In this document: piece after piece, positions 13,860 to 27,466 of the stretch
Layout of the letters: every line of letters begins with the position of its first letter
Numbering within the stretch: position 1 is the stretch's first letter
From: Felis catus
Taxonomy: Eukaryota
Length of the DNA: 64,000 nt
Assembly (NCBI RefSeq): GCF_018350175.1
Contig: NC_058368.1
Span: forward strand, 203,176,001-203,240,000
Direction of reading: 5' to 3'
Program-made: the position numbers and the translations under genes
The notes under the pieces: generated by a model
Databases searched by the model: none
Told to the model about the DNA's origin: nothing
The model's input: the letters and a program-made list of their open reading frames with translations, nothing else

Positions 13860-14295
13860 ATAGGTTGAATAGTATCGGCCCAAAATTCATGTCTACCTGG
13901 AACCTCAGAATATGACCTTGTTTGGAAATAGGATCTTTGCAGATGTAATTAAATAAGGATCTTGAGATGAAATCATCCTGGATTTAGTATTGGCCTTAAA
14001 TCCAATCACTGGCAAACTTATAAGAATCAGAATACACAGAGACAAGGGGAAGGAGACCATGAATAGACAGAGCAAAAATTGGATTTATGCTATCACAAAC
14101 CAAGGAGTGCCAGGAGCTACCAGGAGCTTGAAGAGATAAGGGAAGATTCTCTCCTAGAGCCTTCAGAGGAGTGGGACTCTGCCAGAACTTTGATTTTAGA
14201 TTTCCGGCCTCCAGAAGCATGCAAGAATAAATTTCTATCATCTGAAGCCACCAAGTATGTGGTAATTTATGGCAGCCCTAGGAAACTAATGCAGT
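13860..14295 (+). mobile_element. MaLR MLT1 solo LTR
   Basis: ggttgaatagtatcggcccaaaattcatgtc...gaatatgaccttgtttggaaatagg..tttgcagatgtaatt...gaataaatttc...ggcagccctaggaaactaat. Confidence 0.85.
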
Positions 14296-14699
14296 ATTCC
14301 TTTTACATAGATTGAGATAAGTTTAGTTTGCCAAGCCCTTGCTGGTAAACAATCAGGCTGTCTCCAATTAGAAAATAACAATTAGGTTTTTGGATTCATT
14401 TTTGGTGGGTTTTGCATTTTTGCTATTATAAACAACAATGAAGTGAATACTATACATACTTTGTGTAGTAATCTAGTAGTTTCATTTTTTAGGATTTATC
14501 TCTATACATGGAATTGCTGTTTGAAGGATTTTCAGACTCATACATTTAGCAAAGGGCTCTCCATGCAAGGCTACAGAAATGCATACTTCTAGAATATTCA
14601 AGAATATCTCTTCTGTCATTCCCTTCATGATACTGGATGTTACTAGTTTTCATCCTTGCAGGGGGTGAAAATCCTTTAATCATTGTTTTAACTAGTATA

Positions 14700-14916
14700 T
14701 TCTTTTTTTTTTCTTTTTAGAGTTTACTTATTTATTTTGAGAGAGAGAGAGAGCACAAGCAGGGAAGGGGCAGAGAGGGAGCAAGAGAATCCCAAGCAGG
14801 CTCTGTGCTATCAGCGCAGAGCCAGATGTGGGGCTTGAACTCACAAAATGTGAGATCATGACCTGAGCTGAAATCAAGAGTCAGGTGTTTAACTGACTGA
14901 GCCACCCAGGTGCCCC
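14700..14916 (-). mobile_element. Can-SINE
   Basis: T tail, (GA)n, ...gagccacccaggtgcccc. Confidence 0.9.
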
Positions 14917-15454
14917 TGAAATGTCTTTTTTAACTTGTAGTTTTATATTATGTTAGGAGAATGGATCAAAGGGGAGAAATTCAGGAAACAGGAGGAACTG
15001 TTGGGAGTATTTTGCAATGGTTCATATGATGAAGGTTTAAATTAGGGAAGTAGTCATAGGACAGAAAAAAAGGATAGATTTTGGAAATATTTATGGAGTA
15101 AAATCAGCAAGACGTCTTGCTTAATTGGATGTGTGGGAGGTGAATAAAGAAAGGGAAACATCTAAGATGAACATGAAGTTTTTCGCTTTGTTTTGATTTG
15201 CTTTTTTTTACATTAGCTTGAATAAATGGTAATGTTATTAACTATTAAAGTGAGTTTTGAAGAAGATCTCATCATGAATATAATTATCTTGAAGGGCCTA
15301 TAAGAAAAAACACTCACTAAACATCAAAGTGTGTGATTGTGACTTTCAAGGTTAAGTTCAGGGCTGGCAATCAAAACTCAAGGGTCTTCCTTAAGAATGT
15401 GATTATTCAAATCAGGACAATGGACATAATTTTCCAAAGAAAAGACATAAAGAA

Positions 15455-15630
15455 GGAGTTCTCAAAGTTCATGACACATAATAATCATCTGGAGATCTAG
15501 ATAAAAGTATAGGTTCCACTCACAGAGATTCTCATTCACTGGGTCAAGGGTGAGGGCCAGGAGTCTTCGTTTTAATCAAGCGATCCAGGAGATACCGATA
15601 GGGGGTCGTGTTTCTTTTTGAGAAACACTT
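15455..15630. mobile_element. MER5A-like hAT DNA transposon within L2-like sequence
   Basis: gttctcaaagt...catctggagatc...gattctcattcactgggtc...ttgagaaacact. Confidence 0.55.
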
Positions 15631-15959
15631 TTACAGAGTAAGAGAAGCTATAGGCCAGATTGAAATACCAAAGAGCTAACAACACTTAACATAGTCCAGG
15701 AAAAAGAATCGAGGATGGAGTGTGTGAGGAATAATCGAAAAGGTAGTAAGGTTCAAGAGAGGACAAAATGGAGCACAGACTTTCAGGAACGAGGAGCGAG
15801 ACCCAGCAGTGGTAAATGCAGCAAATGGGCCAAATAGTTTCAGGAGAAGGAAAATGCCATGATTGAGAAGCTTTTCGTGACTTAAAGCGGAAAGGGTTTG
15901 GTCAGAAGGAAAATCACTGATTTATGGTACTTCATTCTCAACAAGAGTGATAGAATGCG

Positions 15960-16514
15960 TGTTCCATGTGGACCTAAGGCTGGCAAGCAGGCTCTGGGGA
16001 CCCAGAGAGGGTCCAGCAGGACAAGTCAAGAGGGTCCCTGTCTGCATGTAGGATGGAAATCAAACGCAAGCCAGCAGGAGGTGAAAGCAGAGTTTATTGA
16101 AGAGAGAGAGCAGATACAGACGATGCAGGAGGAGTGTCTGGGAGACTCAGGAAGGAAAAGAGGGCCTCTCCCCTTTGTTCGGGGTCTGAGGGTTTTTTCT
16201 GAAGACAGTGGCCTGGTGTATGTGTCCTCTCAGGCATCCAGAAACAGAGATGAGGGCCCAGGTGTTATTCCTCACCAGTGGTCTGGAACACCTATGAGAG
16301 ATTTGTCGGGCATTCTCACCTGGTCCTTCCTTAGGTCTTACCTATTCTAGAGAAATCATTAACTCCTTGTCCTTTACAAGGGGGACATATGCCATTTGTA
16401 TTACAAGGCAAGTGTAAAGTGGGGTAGGGGTGTCGGTCCTAGCAAGGAATAGAAGCAGGAAAAAGAGAAAAAAACAGATTTTTGTGGAGTCCTTCAGTGT
16501 CCTTGTTTCAGACA
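15960..16514 (-). mobile_element. Endogenous retrovirus solo LTR (555 bp)
   Basis: TG...CA termini; flanks atgcg (15955-15959) and atgtg (16515-16519) as a 5-bp TSD with one CpG transition; minus-strand AATAAA near 16093; GC-richer than flanks. Confidence 0.7.
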
Positions 16515-17552
16515 ATGTGTTGTTTGGGTTTAAACTCCATATTTTTTTGAATCTTTAGAAATCATAGTGACCTCTTTGACATGTGAAACACTTAGTTTAA
16601 AGAAATCTTTGCTTATCAAACATGTGTTCAGTAATTTTCAAGTTAGTATATCAAATGTAGAGCAAGAGCCATTCAGTTTTCTATTTCAACGTGAGTTTGA
16701 TACAATTGTGTGCAAAGTCAAGCAGTGTAAGTTTGGTTTGAAACTAAGCTTCGAGAATAATAAAGACATTTCTTCCATCTGGACAATTTAAAACTTTATG
16801 CCAAGCCCCCTACTCTCCGGAGAGGGAAAAAAAAACTATTTCATAAACTGCTTAAAATTCCTGGGAATTGTAGTAAATAACAAATGAATTTTCATATGTA
16901 GAATAAAACAGATGCATTCATACAAATAACTAATTCATGAGGTTATAGCAAAAAAGGAGAAGAATAAACAGCATAATTTTCTTCAACTTATAAAATAAGC
17001 CAATAAAAGCATTCACCTTATTTCTTGGAAAGCATTTTTACCTTCATCCTATTTGTCTTGTCGATGTACATACAAGTATTTATTTATTATTATTTGAGAT
17101 TTGATATTAATTCAAAGAACTCTGCATTTGGGCAGCAAAACACAGGGACAGTGACATTTCCTTTGAAGGGTTATTTTGAAGAGTAAATGACATTTCTGCA
17201 CGTGACTAAGTACTTTGCATATAATAGTTACTCAGTGAATGTTAGTGGCTCTCCTTTTTCACATGGTAGAGGAAATAAGGGAACAGTTACACAAAGGCCT
17301 CATTCTAATTAGTAAGAATGAAATAACTGCCATAATAAAATTGACAAATTCCTTGGTAAAAAATAAACACATAATCTGAAAGTTTATTGGGAAGTTGGCC
17401 CAGTTGGGGAAAGTGAGCATTGTAATATTTTAGACTTTGAGAATTAACAGTCAAAATGTCAGAGAAAATATTGGCAACAAACCCTCACTGGAGGGAGGTG
17501 GGGGAGAACATAGCAAGAAGCTAAAATATGTATTTGAACCTGCTGAAAAGAA

Positions 17553-17612
17553 TGAAGGAGATACTTGCATTACCATAAAACCTGAAGGAGATACTTGCAT
17601 TACCATAAAACC
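17553..17612. repeat. Perfect 30-bp tandem duplication
   Basis: tgaaggagatacttgcattaccataaaacc x2. Confidence 0.95.
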
Positions 17613-18304
17613 TAGAGCCAAGATGAATGGGAAGAAACTATCAGAAAACAATTTCAAATCAAAATAAACATTGTTTACTAATAAATACAGTTCAAACTGG
17701 GAAAGTGGCAGCCTTAGGAGAGACAATACCTCTTCCTCCTTTAGGCACAGAGGTGAGTGAGTACTCAGTGTAAAGTATTTAGAGGATATTCAGGCATTGA
17801 ATAGTGAGTTGAACTTGACCATTAAATGTCCTTTTATTCTAAAAGTCTGAGTCTGGCCTCAGGAGATAGTGCTATGGGGAAGAAAAGTAGGAAAGAGAAA
17901 TATCACAATGGAGGAAATTCATTGAAACAACAAACCAGACCCCACACAACTCTCTAGCGCTTAAGAACATTACCACTTTGCCATTTAGAAACAGGAGGTT
18001 CAAAAAAGAAATTTTAAAAAATAATGTTAATGGCAAATTACATCTGCCGGGACAGGCTTACAAGGACTCATTCGTTGAGCATGAGCATCGCTAGGGGGGT
18101 ATTTTGCAGACCTTTTTGTCGAATCCCCTCAATGTGTGAGATGCAGAAACTAAATTCAGGAAAGAGCTATAGGTCCTAAGTCACTTAGCTAGTTAATGAC
18201 AGAAGCAAGACTTCAATCTAGATTTTAGATCCGACTGCCAAACTGATTTTACATTTTCTTTAAACAGAGTTAGAACTGAAAGAATTTTTCTGGCATTGTT
18301 CTTT

Positions 18305-18519
18305 CTTCTTCTTCTTTTTTTTAAATTTAGATATTTAGTTGGAGAAAGAGAGAGAGTGCAAGGGAGGAAGGGGCAGAGAGAGGGAGAGACAGACTCTCAA
18401 TCAGGCTCTGCACTATCAGCACAGAGCCCAACACAGGGCTTAAACCATGAGATCACAAACCATGAGATCATGACCTCGGCCAAGATCAAGACTCAGATGC
18501 TTAACCAACCAGGCACCCC
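18305..18519 (-). mobile_element. Can-SINE
   Basis: TSD tggcattgttcttt at 18291 and 18520. Confidence 0.9.
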
Positions 18520-20491
18520 TGGCATTGTTCTTTCAACCGATATTTAAAACTCTAGTTTCTAAAGGTTGTAACAAATTACCCTCCACCAGAGGATGACTGT
18601 ATAGATATTTTCATTTTTTTTAGGGCTTTCCAAATACACAGAACCTTTATTTTTCCAATTATGAATCACACCCAGGTGGTGAGATACGGAAATCTTGAAA
18701 ATATGTTGAAAGTCAGAATTTAATCATCTGCGTGCTTGTGAACTATTCCAACATTAAATATATTTACACCCACATTAGCTAATCTTATATAATTATCATG
18801 CCGAAGTTTTTAGAATAAGAAAAGCCTGATCCTTTTTCCCCTTGTAAATGAATGTGAACTGAATATTATGGAAATGTCATGTTTATGTATTTCTCTTTTA
18901 GCGTGTTAACACTGCTATTATTCAACCACTTGCAAAATACCCCAAAAGACTATGTAATATAGAAGGTTATAGTAATTTGGGAAAGTGATTATGAACTAAA
19001 AGTGTGAAAACATTTATGATCTCAAAAACATAAAGTATTAACAAAAATGCGTGCATATAAGGCAATAGATCAAAATGCTAACAGCATGAGGTGATCTTCC
19101 CCATTTCTCTTGTGTTTTTCATATTTTCCATAATGATCATGTATTTCACAGCAATAGCCAAAATAATATATTCTACAGATTAAAATGAACCTAAGAAACA
19201 AAACAGTTTGAAAATCTGATTTCTCAATAAAAATCAAAAGCTCATCTATTCTTTACCTAAAGGGATAAAATTCATTAATCCATAAGATATGATCTGATAT
19301 ATAAAATGAATTTCTAAGTCTCACTGAGTGCTTCTACAGAGGGTTGTTGTAAATAAATATCTATCTATATGTTCCCTTGGGTAGTTGATGATAAATACCT
19401 GAACAATCTCATAAAGTTTTAAATGTATATGAACACCGAATGTGGAATGCTTTAATGTTAATGTAGTACCTGGCATTATAAAATTTGCTCACCATATGCT
19501 TTCTTTTTCCCCCGTAGCTTCTTGTGCATCTATTCAGATTATGAAGAAAGTTTCTGGATCTTATTCAGCAAGAATCCAGCTGGAGATCATTATCAAATTA
19601 ATATGCAACTGATATGAACATTAAATTTATAAATTCTTTAAAAAGAGAATTATAATGACTTTGTTTAGAGGTCTTGTTTACCAATGGTTAAAGGTAAGTT
19701 GGTTTTCCACATCACTGTTTCCTGTCCAATCTTGCCAGCTGAAACTGGCCTTTCAGACAAGTGATGGTTTATTCTAAAGAAATCTTATCAATTTTAAAGA
19801 GATTTTCCATTACAATTAAACTGAACAAAGAAAGGGCACCTATGAGATAAACTGAAACTCATTCTTGACCTGCCATCGTGTCAAGTTTTTGTTTTTGTTT
19901 TTGTTTTTACTTTTAAAGAATTTACTGAAATGTATGCTAACTTAAAATATATTTACAAATATTATCCTCCCATGAGGATACTGTCTTTAAAGAAACCTAG
20001 ATGCTTCTCAGAAATAAATATGATGTGTGCACCTTGAAAAAAATGTGCAAAACAAATAGGGAAGGTAAAATATCACACAATAGCTCACAGTTTGTAGACA
20101 CATATTTCCACTGATTATGTACCGGCATATTATTTATCAATATCAAAAATACCAATTCAGCTGCAAATTAGATAGAACTCATTATAAAGAGTACTACAGA
20201 TTGGGTATCCACTGGCATCCAGAACAAGTACAAATGGGATTCCTAAATGCCTAGTTTGATACTTCATTTCTTTCTCTAATGGTCTTCTTACTTCTACATT
20301 CAATTAACACATATCCTTATTTATCCTCTCTCCACACTACTGCTGCCATTGTTTCTGGGCATGAGTAAATACCAACCCCTCCTTACTGGCGATGGTAGAG
20401 TAACAAAAGTTTATGAAGACAACTTTTATTATGAATATTTTATTCTGACTTTCCAATTCAGTAGTTCTCTCTAGTTCTGTTTATAATCTTT

Positions 20492-21000
20492 TGGTGGGCA
20501 GATCCTAAGATCATCCCGTGATTCACACCTCCTTCTATTCATGCCCTTGTGTAATCCCCTCTCCTTGTTCCTGGACTGGCCATAGTGGCTGCCGACCAAT
20601 AATAGTCTTGTTAGCAGATTCTCTCTGTAGGCTCTTTCGTCAAGTTGCCTTGTTGTAACCTGCTCTACTGGAGAGAGGCCCATATGGCAAAGAACTGAAG
20701 GATGATGCCTCCTTCCAATGGCCTTGAAAGAACTGAGGCCCCCTGTGCAACAAACTGCTTGCAACCACAATCATTTGAAGCAGATCTTTCCATAGCTGAG
20801 CCTTCAAATGAGACCCTCCCCCTGGCCAATACCTTATTGGCCAATACCAATACCTGATTGCGGCTTCTGAGAGACTCTGAAGCCGACCCAGTTAGGCCAT
20901 GCCTGGACTCCTCACCCACAGAAACTGTAAAACAATAAACGTGTGTAGTTTTAAGAAGTTAAGTCTGAAGTTAATTATGCAGATTGGATAACTAATACAA
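20492..21000 (+). mobile_element. MaLR MLT1 solo LTR
   Basis: tggtgggcagatcctaagat...gcccttgtgtaatcccctctcc...aagaactgaagg...ctcctcacccacagaaactgt...aataaac...gataactaataca. Confidence 0.8.
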
Positions 21001-21804
21001 TGTTTTTAGTTCTTAATTTTATTTACTTTTTTTTTTAGTTCTGAAATATGACTCTTGCAAGTCTTCAGTAATATTTTTTATAATTTCCAGTTCTCTACTG
21101 AAATTTTAATCTTTTATGTCCTTGAACACAGTAGCCATGTGACTTTTAAAGTCTATCTCACAATCCAAATATTTGGTGCCACTTTGGATCTGTTTCTATT
21201 GTCTACTGTTTCTGCGAGTTTTCATTCCTGTTGTCTTTATCCCCCTGTGCCCAGTTATTATATGGAAAAACTGTATTTGAAAAATTATTTGTAGAAATAA
21301 TTTGAGGCCTAGGAAAATGTTCTTTCTCCATATTTGCATCTTTCAGATTCCTAGGGACATTACAAATCACATTCCAATTTTTCTGAGCTGTCTAGATGAC
21401 TCAACTGTAAACCATATTCTATATGAATAGTTAGCTTCTGGCTCACTCTTACTGCTGGGATGTGGATCTTTAGGTCTCACACCAAAGAATCCTACCAGAG
21501 TCTCAAACTTAGAGGTCCTACACCCTAACTTTTGTCCCTCTGGTCTCAGTTATTAAAATGTTAATCCTCCTCTCAGCTTCCTATTCTTGGGTAACAAATC
21601 TTCCCTTCCAGAGCAAAAGCAGTCTCAATACCAGACTCATCTCTTCGGATTTCCATTTTCTTCCAGATATCAGCCTGACAATTATTCACTACCTTGTTAG
21701 CTCTCTAATGCCTCCAGAGGGTGTTACATTTAGTTGGATATTATAGCAGAAAGATTGGAATAATCTAGTCCACCATTTCTGGAAGCGGAAGCTGAAGTTC
21801 TGGT

Positions 21805-22035
21805 TTTGTTTTTTTTTTTTATTTTTATTAATTTTTATTTTTTTAATGTTTATTTGTTTTTTAGAGAGACGGAGTGCAAGTAGGGGAGGGGCAAAGAGAG
21901 AGGAAGACACTGAATACAAAGTAGTCTGCAGGCTCTGAGCTGCCAGCACTGAGCCCGATGGGGGCTCCAACTCAAAGAACCCAGAGCTCATGACCTGAGC
22001 CGAGTGGGATGCCTAATTGAGCCACCCAGGCCCGC
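21805..22035 (-). mobile_element. Can-SINE
   Basis: T tail and diverged body. Confidence 0.85.
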
Positions 22036-22580
22036 GGGGTTTTTTTTTGTTTTTGTTTTAATGGGTTGCCTTACATCTTTCTAGCCAATCTGTGTTTGAG
22101 CTGCCATTTGGGCACCTTCTGTAGTCTGATAAGTGCTGGACTCTGTAAGAACTTCCTAACTATTCTACAACAGGGGAGGTCAATGCTAGAGACAACCCAA
22201 TTTAAGCTAGAAAAGGAAACTACTCGTTGTAGTGTCCGAATATTCTTTGGTTACCAATTTTGGTTCTATGAAAATGGACAAAAATTCTCCCAACCTTGTT
22301 ATAACTGTCAAACAAAACAAATCTGGATTCACTTTGCCATTCATTTAGCAGAACAGAAAGGGAACAGAAGTTTATATATTTTGCCAAGTAACTGTATATA
22401 GCATCCTCCAACTCAAAGGCCAGGTTTTGTTTCATTATCTCAAGTGAAATTGAATTCCTCCGAATTTATCATTACTTTCATGTTTGTTGTTAAAAAACTG
22501 AAATTTTTAAAGCCCAAAATGTAATTGTAAAGGTTGAGTTTTGCCACCAATAACACAAGTTCTTATCTGCAATCTGGACT

Positions 22581-22885
22581 GCAGGGGTCATAAACTCAAT
22601 GTTCAGGGACAAAACATCGAACAGGAAGTAATCAGGTATGCCTGATGATGGCAGCCAAGTGAAGGAAAGAAATAAGGAGTGGGGGGATTGTGCCACTGGA
22701 GAGAGTATGGCCCCTCTAAAGGAGCATAGAGCAGATAATTTCAAGCTCCTATCTGTTGTTAACATGCAGAATGTATGTTGACCCCGAGTAGAATGTAAAC
22801 CGGGAGTCACCATATCGTAACATTTTTCAAAAGAATATGAAACCTGGATGTTTAAAACCCCTCTCTCTTTTATTGTTGACAATTA
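22581..22885. mobile_element. MER102-like hAT DNA transposon
   Basis: caggggtcataaactcaa...ggggattgtgccactggagag...tttttcaaaagaa..gaaacctggat motif; family from recall. Confidence 0.5.
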
Positions 22886-23109
22886 AAACAAAAAACCCAC
22901 ACGGTGTAACATAAAGATAAATAGCATAAACAAGGCTCAGCTGCTAAGCTAAATTATCCCTGATGCCATTTCAGCTTTAAAATCCTACCTACCTTCTTTA
23001 TCAGTACTATTAATGATTGAGACAAAACTATTCTTGAAAGATTTCACAAGATCTTAATAAAGTGCTTGTAACATACATATTGTTACTTTGCAAGTAAAAG
23101 CAAAGTTTT

Positions 23110-23333
23110 TTTTTTTAATTTTTTTTAACTTTTTTAAATTTATTTTTGGGACAGCCTGAGACAGAGCATGAATGGGGGAGGGGCCGAGAGAGAGGGAGAC
23201 ACAGAATCAGAAGCAGGCTCCAGGCTCTGAGCCATCAGCCCAGAGCCCAACGCGGGGCTGGAACTCACGGACCTTGAGATCGTGACCCAAGCTGAAGTCG
23301 GATGCTTAACCGACTGAGCCACCCAGGCGCCCC
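23110..23333 (-). mobile_element. Can-SINE
   Basis: TSD aaaagcaaagtttt at 23096 and 23334. Confidence 0.92.
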
Positions 23334-23664
23334 AAAAGCAAAGTTTTATATGGACTAATGATCCAAAGAAATACTTCCCAAGCGGCTAAGTATCATGTAA
23401 GCTTTCATTTTCCTAAAATCAGGACAGTTTTTAGTTTCAAACCTGGAATTAAAATAATAATTAAAAAATACAGCCAGTTCATTTATAAAGCTATTTGGGG
23501 TACATATTGCTGCATTATGAAATATTTTTACAATATGAAAAAAGCCATAAGTCCATAGCAAAAATGAGTATCATGACTCTCATTTTGTATATACACATCA
23601 CACCTAAAAGATGCTACATTTGCAAATGTCTTTATATCACACACAATTATCATAAAAGTATTCT

Positions 23665-23877
23665 TTTTTTTTTCCAACGTTTATTTATTTTTGGGACAGA
23701 GAGAGACAGAGCATGAATGGGGGAGGGGCAGAGAGAGAGGGAGACACAGAATCGGAAACAGGCTCCAGGCTCTGAGTCATCAGCCCAGAGCCTGACGCAG
23801 GGCTCGAACTCACGGACCGCGAGATCGTGACCTGGCTGAAGTCGGACGCTTAACCGACTGCGCCACCCAGGCGCCCC
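23665..23877 (-). mobile_element. Young feline Can-SINE
   Basis: Same diagnostic body as the 5288 copy; TSD ta(t/c)cataaaagtattct at 23648 and 23878. Confidence 0.94.
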
Positions 23878-24269
23878 TACCATAAAAGTATTCTAAGGGT
23901 ATATATATTGAATCAAAATATTAAAGCATCAAGTTTATAATCATTTATACAGTTATCTAATTCAAAAATTTTCTAAACTGACTGATGTATTGGTTTTTGC
24001 AGATTAAGTATATATGTCACCAAGCCAGCACTAACGTAAAGCTTTGTTTATTTTATCCCCGAAACTAAAAAGACAAAAAAACCCACCACCACCACCAACA
24101 ACAACAAACTAATGAGATCGTATTTGCATTTATCAACTTGGGATTCCATAAATTTAATTCATTTCTAGAGAATATTGTATTTTAAATCCAGTGTCAGTAC
24201 TTTTACACAGTTTTACAAACAAATCAAATGACTACAACCGTAACCTTCTTTTAAAAATGCAGAAAACCA

Positions 24270-24677
24270 GGGGCACCTAGGTGGTTCAGTTGGTTGAGTG
24301 GCCAAATTCCACTCTGGTCATGATCTCACGAACCCTGAGTTGGAGCCCCACATCAGGCTTGCTGCTGTCAGTGCAGAACCCACTTTGGACCTCTGTCCCC
24401 ACTCACTGCCCCTCTCCTGCTTATGCTCTCTTAAAAATAAATAAGACATTAAAAACAATTTAAAAAAATGTTTTTAATGTCTTATTTATTTTTGAGACAG
24501 AGAAAGACAGAGCATGAACGGGGGAGGGTCAGAGAGAGGGAGACACAGAATCTGAAGCAGGCTCCAGGCTCCGAGCTGTCAGCACAGAGCCCGACGCGGG
24601 GCTCGAACTCACGGACTGGGAGATCATGACCTGAGCTGAAGTCGGCCGCTTAACCGACTGAGCCATCCAGGCGCCCC
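24270..24677. mobile_element. Tail-to-tail Can-SINE pair (+ 24270-24468; - 24470-24677)
   Basis: The minus SINE sits in the A tail of the plus SINE; outer TSD remnant aatgcagaaa at about 24256 and 24692. Confidence 0.9.
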
Positions 24678-27254
24678 TAAAATTTTTTTTTAATGCAGAA
24701 AGTCAGAATTACAACCTATACGTTAAACCTCAGACTTACATACAAACTATTATACAAGTTTCAGAAGCCAATTTGAAGTGTCAAATGCTATTTACAATTT
24801 TACAAAGTGTCATGCAGAATTCTGTAAGATGACAATGAACACAAAATGCAATCAAGATCTGGGACAGAATTCAGGTTTTGTTTTGTTTTGTTGTTTTGTT
24901 TTACACAGGAAAAGAACAAACAGAAAGTGATTGAGAAAGGAGGTTAAATTGTATTAAAAAGAATGACTTAGAGAAGCATTATTTAAAGCAGGCTATTTTG
25001 AGAATACTCAACGTTATCTAGTCCTGTAAGCTACATTTCTGCAAAGATAGACTTATTTTGATAGTACCTATGGCCAAATTTTAGTCTACAATGCACTTAT
25101 TACTCCAAGACAGTAGTCATGTCTATATATTTGGGATATAATTACCTATACATTCTCATTCTTTGTGGAATTACTTCTTCTTCCCTGGTTTGGGTTTTTT
25201 AAAATGCTATTGTTGGTTTTATAAAGCTTTCCATACCAAACTCTGGACAACTAAGAAGACCTTTCTATGACAAATTCAACCTGCTCCAATTAAATATTGG
25301 TCAGTATCAATGTTGTGCACCTGCGGCCCCATTTTTTGTTTTTTTCTTTTCTCGATATTCACTAGAAAGTTTTTGCTCATTTAGTTTGCTCCTCATGCTT
25401 TCTCCTGCCTCTATCCAAAGACATTTTTCCAATTTCTGTAATAGTAAATGAGCAAATTTCAAAAATTATTGTGCCTAACATTTTATGTGAATTAACCTTA
25501 TCTCATATGTAACTTAAACATCATCTAAAATGGGCTAGAATTTGATATAAAATGCAGAATGCATAGTAATTAACTTGTCTATTAAAATATCTCATGAAAA
25601 AAACTAAGACCTTCATGTCTAGTATCTAAGTTTTCAGTGTCCAGGGGCCAACAACTTAAAATAAGTTAGAATACTCGTGTGATGAAATTTATGTGAATCT
25701 TGTTGAATAAACATTTTCTTAAATAACTAATATAATTTAAAAAAGCTTTTTCAAATACAATTTCACAGTGAAGTTGTTTATGAGGGAGTGGAATTTGACA
25801 GAGAATGGTTGTTCCATATTAGAGCCCATTTAAGAAAGATGACTAGTTTCAATTAAAATGAAATTATTTTTTTCTGATTCTAAAAATCATATGTATTTTC
25901 TGGGAATTTAGAAAATTTACAAATGAGAAAAAAAAATCACCAACACTCTTAATTACTCACACCTGTTCAGTTACAATGGTCATGCACACAGTTCAGATAT
26001 GCAATATAAACTTGAAATCAAACTGTAATTTTGAAAGCGTTTATAAATATATTTAAATCCATGAGACCAGATAAGGTGGAAAGGGAAAGAGTGTGGACAA
26101 AGAAAAGATGGAGCCTAGACAGAACATGGAGGCATACCAGTATGCCTCGAATTAAGATTCGAGGAAGAACAGCAAAGGGAAATTTGAAAGAACGGTCAAT
26201 GAGAAAGGAGGAAAACCAAGAGTATTTCTCACTGAAGGCAATAGGATCCCATATCACTCTAGATGAAGAATGAAGGGGTGGTCAACCATGTCAGATGAGT
26301 CAGATATACTGAGTTAAATAAGGTCATAGAAGTGTCCAGTGGACTTTGCTACCTGGAGGTTAATAACCGTCCATGCTGATAAGCAGTTTTAGAGGAACCC
26401 AAATCAGATTGGACCTATACACCTCATGAGAATCAACTAAAAAAACTCTTCATTTAATGAGCCAATTAAATGGACTTTTACAAAATATATATCCATACTA
26501 GCTACTTAAAGCCATTTTTAAAAGTTATAAATCATACAATTGGAAAGAAAAAAAATCATTCACAATTACACAAAAATCTAGGCATAATGAAGAAATCTTT
26601 CATTCAGAAAATGTTAAATTTTGCTGAGATATAAAAAGTGCAAACAAATAAGGGTATACACCAAATCTCAAATTAGAAAAATTAGCTTAAGTTCATTAAT
26701 TTCTATCCATTCAACAAACTTTACTTCTATGCTTCCAGCACTTGAATTAACACATAAAGGTCAAAGCTGGCAGTCTTACCAGACTTCAGTGGGAATAGCA
26801 CCTATATTTCACCATTAAACCTAAGTCGGATGTTGACTAACTTAAGGCTCTCATTAAAGTATCTTACCTAGGTTTCTTTCCTTTTTTAAACAAGGATAAG
26901 GATTTTATCAAAAGCCTTATGTTTCTCCTTTGAACTACTGATGTCCTCTATTAGCATATTTCCTAACATCATAACAACAACCCATTACTTTAAATCTACC
27001 TTTTTAGGATGGATTCTTTTAATTGTTGAATTTGGTATGTTGGCATTTTATTTGGGATTTCTGCATTTATACTGATATGTGCATTTAACTTATAAATTTC
27101 TTACTGATTTTTTTAAAAATTGGGAGACTATAGAACCAGTTATCGCATTTATGTGGGTTTTTTTTTTCCACATCATCTTCTACATTTGTTTTTTTTTGTT
27201 GTTCTAATTTTCCTTAGTTTTTTTTTTTTTTTAACTCTCTGGCAAATGCTGATT

Positions 27255-27466
27255 TTATTTTAAATTGTTTTTAATGTTTCTTTGTTTTTGAGAGAGACAG
27301 AGCATGAGCAGGGGACGGCCAGAGAGAAAGGGAGACACAAACCCAAGCAGGTTCCAGGCTCCTGGCTGTCAGCACAGAGCCCGACATGGGGCTCAAACCC
27401 ACTAACCGTGAGATCCTGATCTGAGCCAAAGTCTGGCGCTTAATTGACTGAACCCCCAGGCGCCCC
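27255..27466 (-). mobile_element. Can-SINE
   Basis: T tail and body ending ...ccccaggcgcccc. Confidence 0.88.

Noticed and set aside
15898..16350. 150-aa ORF
   Set aside because: Lies antisense within the solo LTR, has a non-ATG start, and shows no gag/pol/env motifs.
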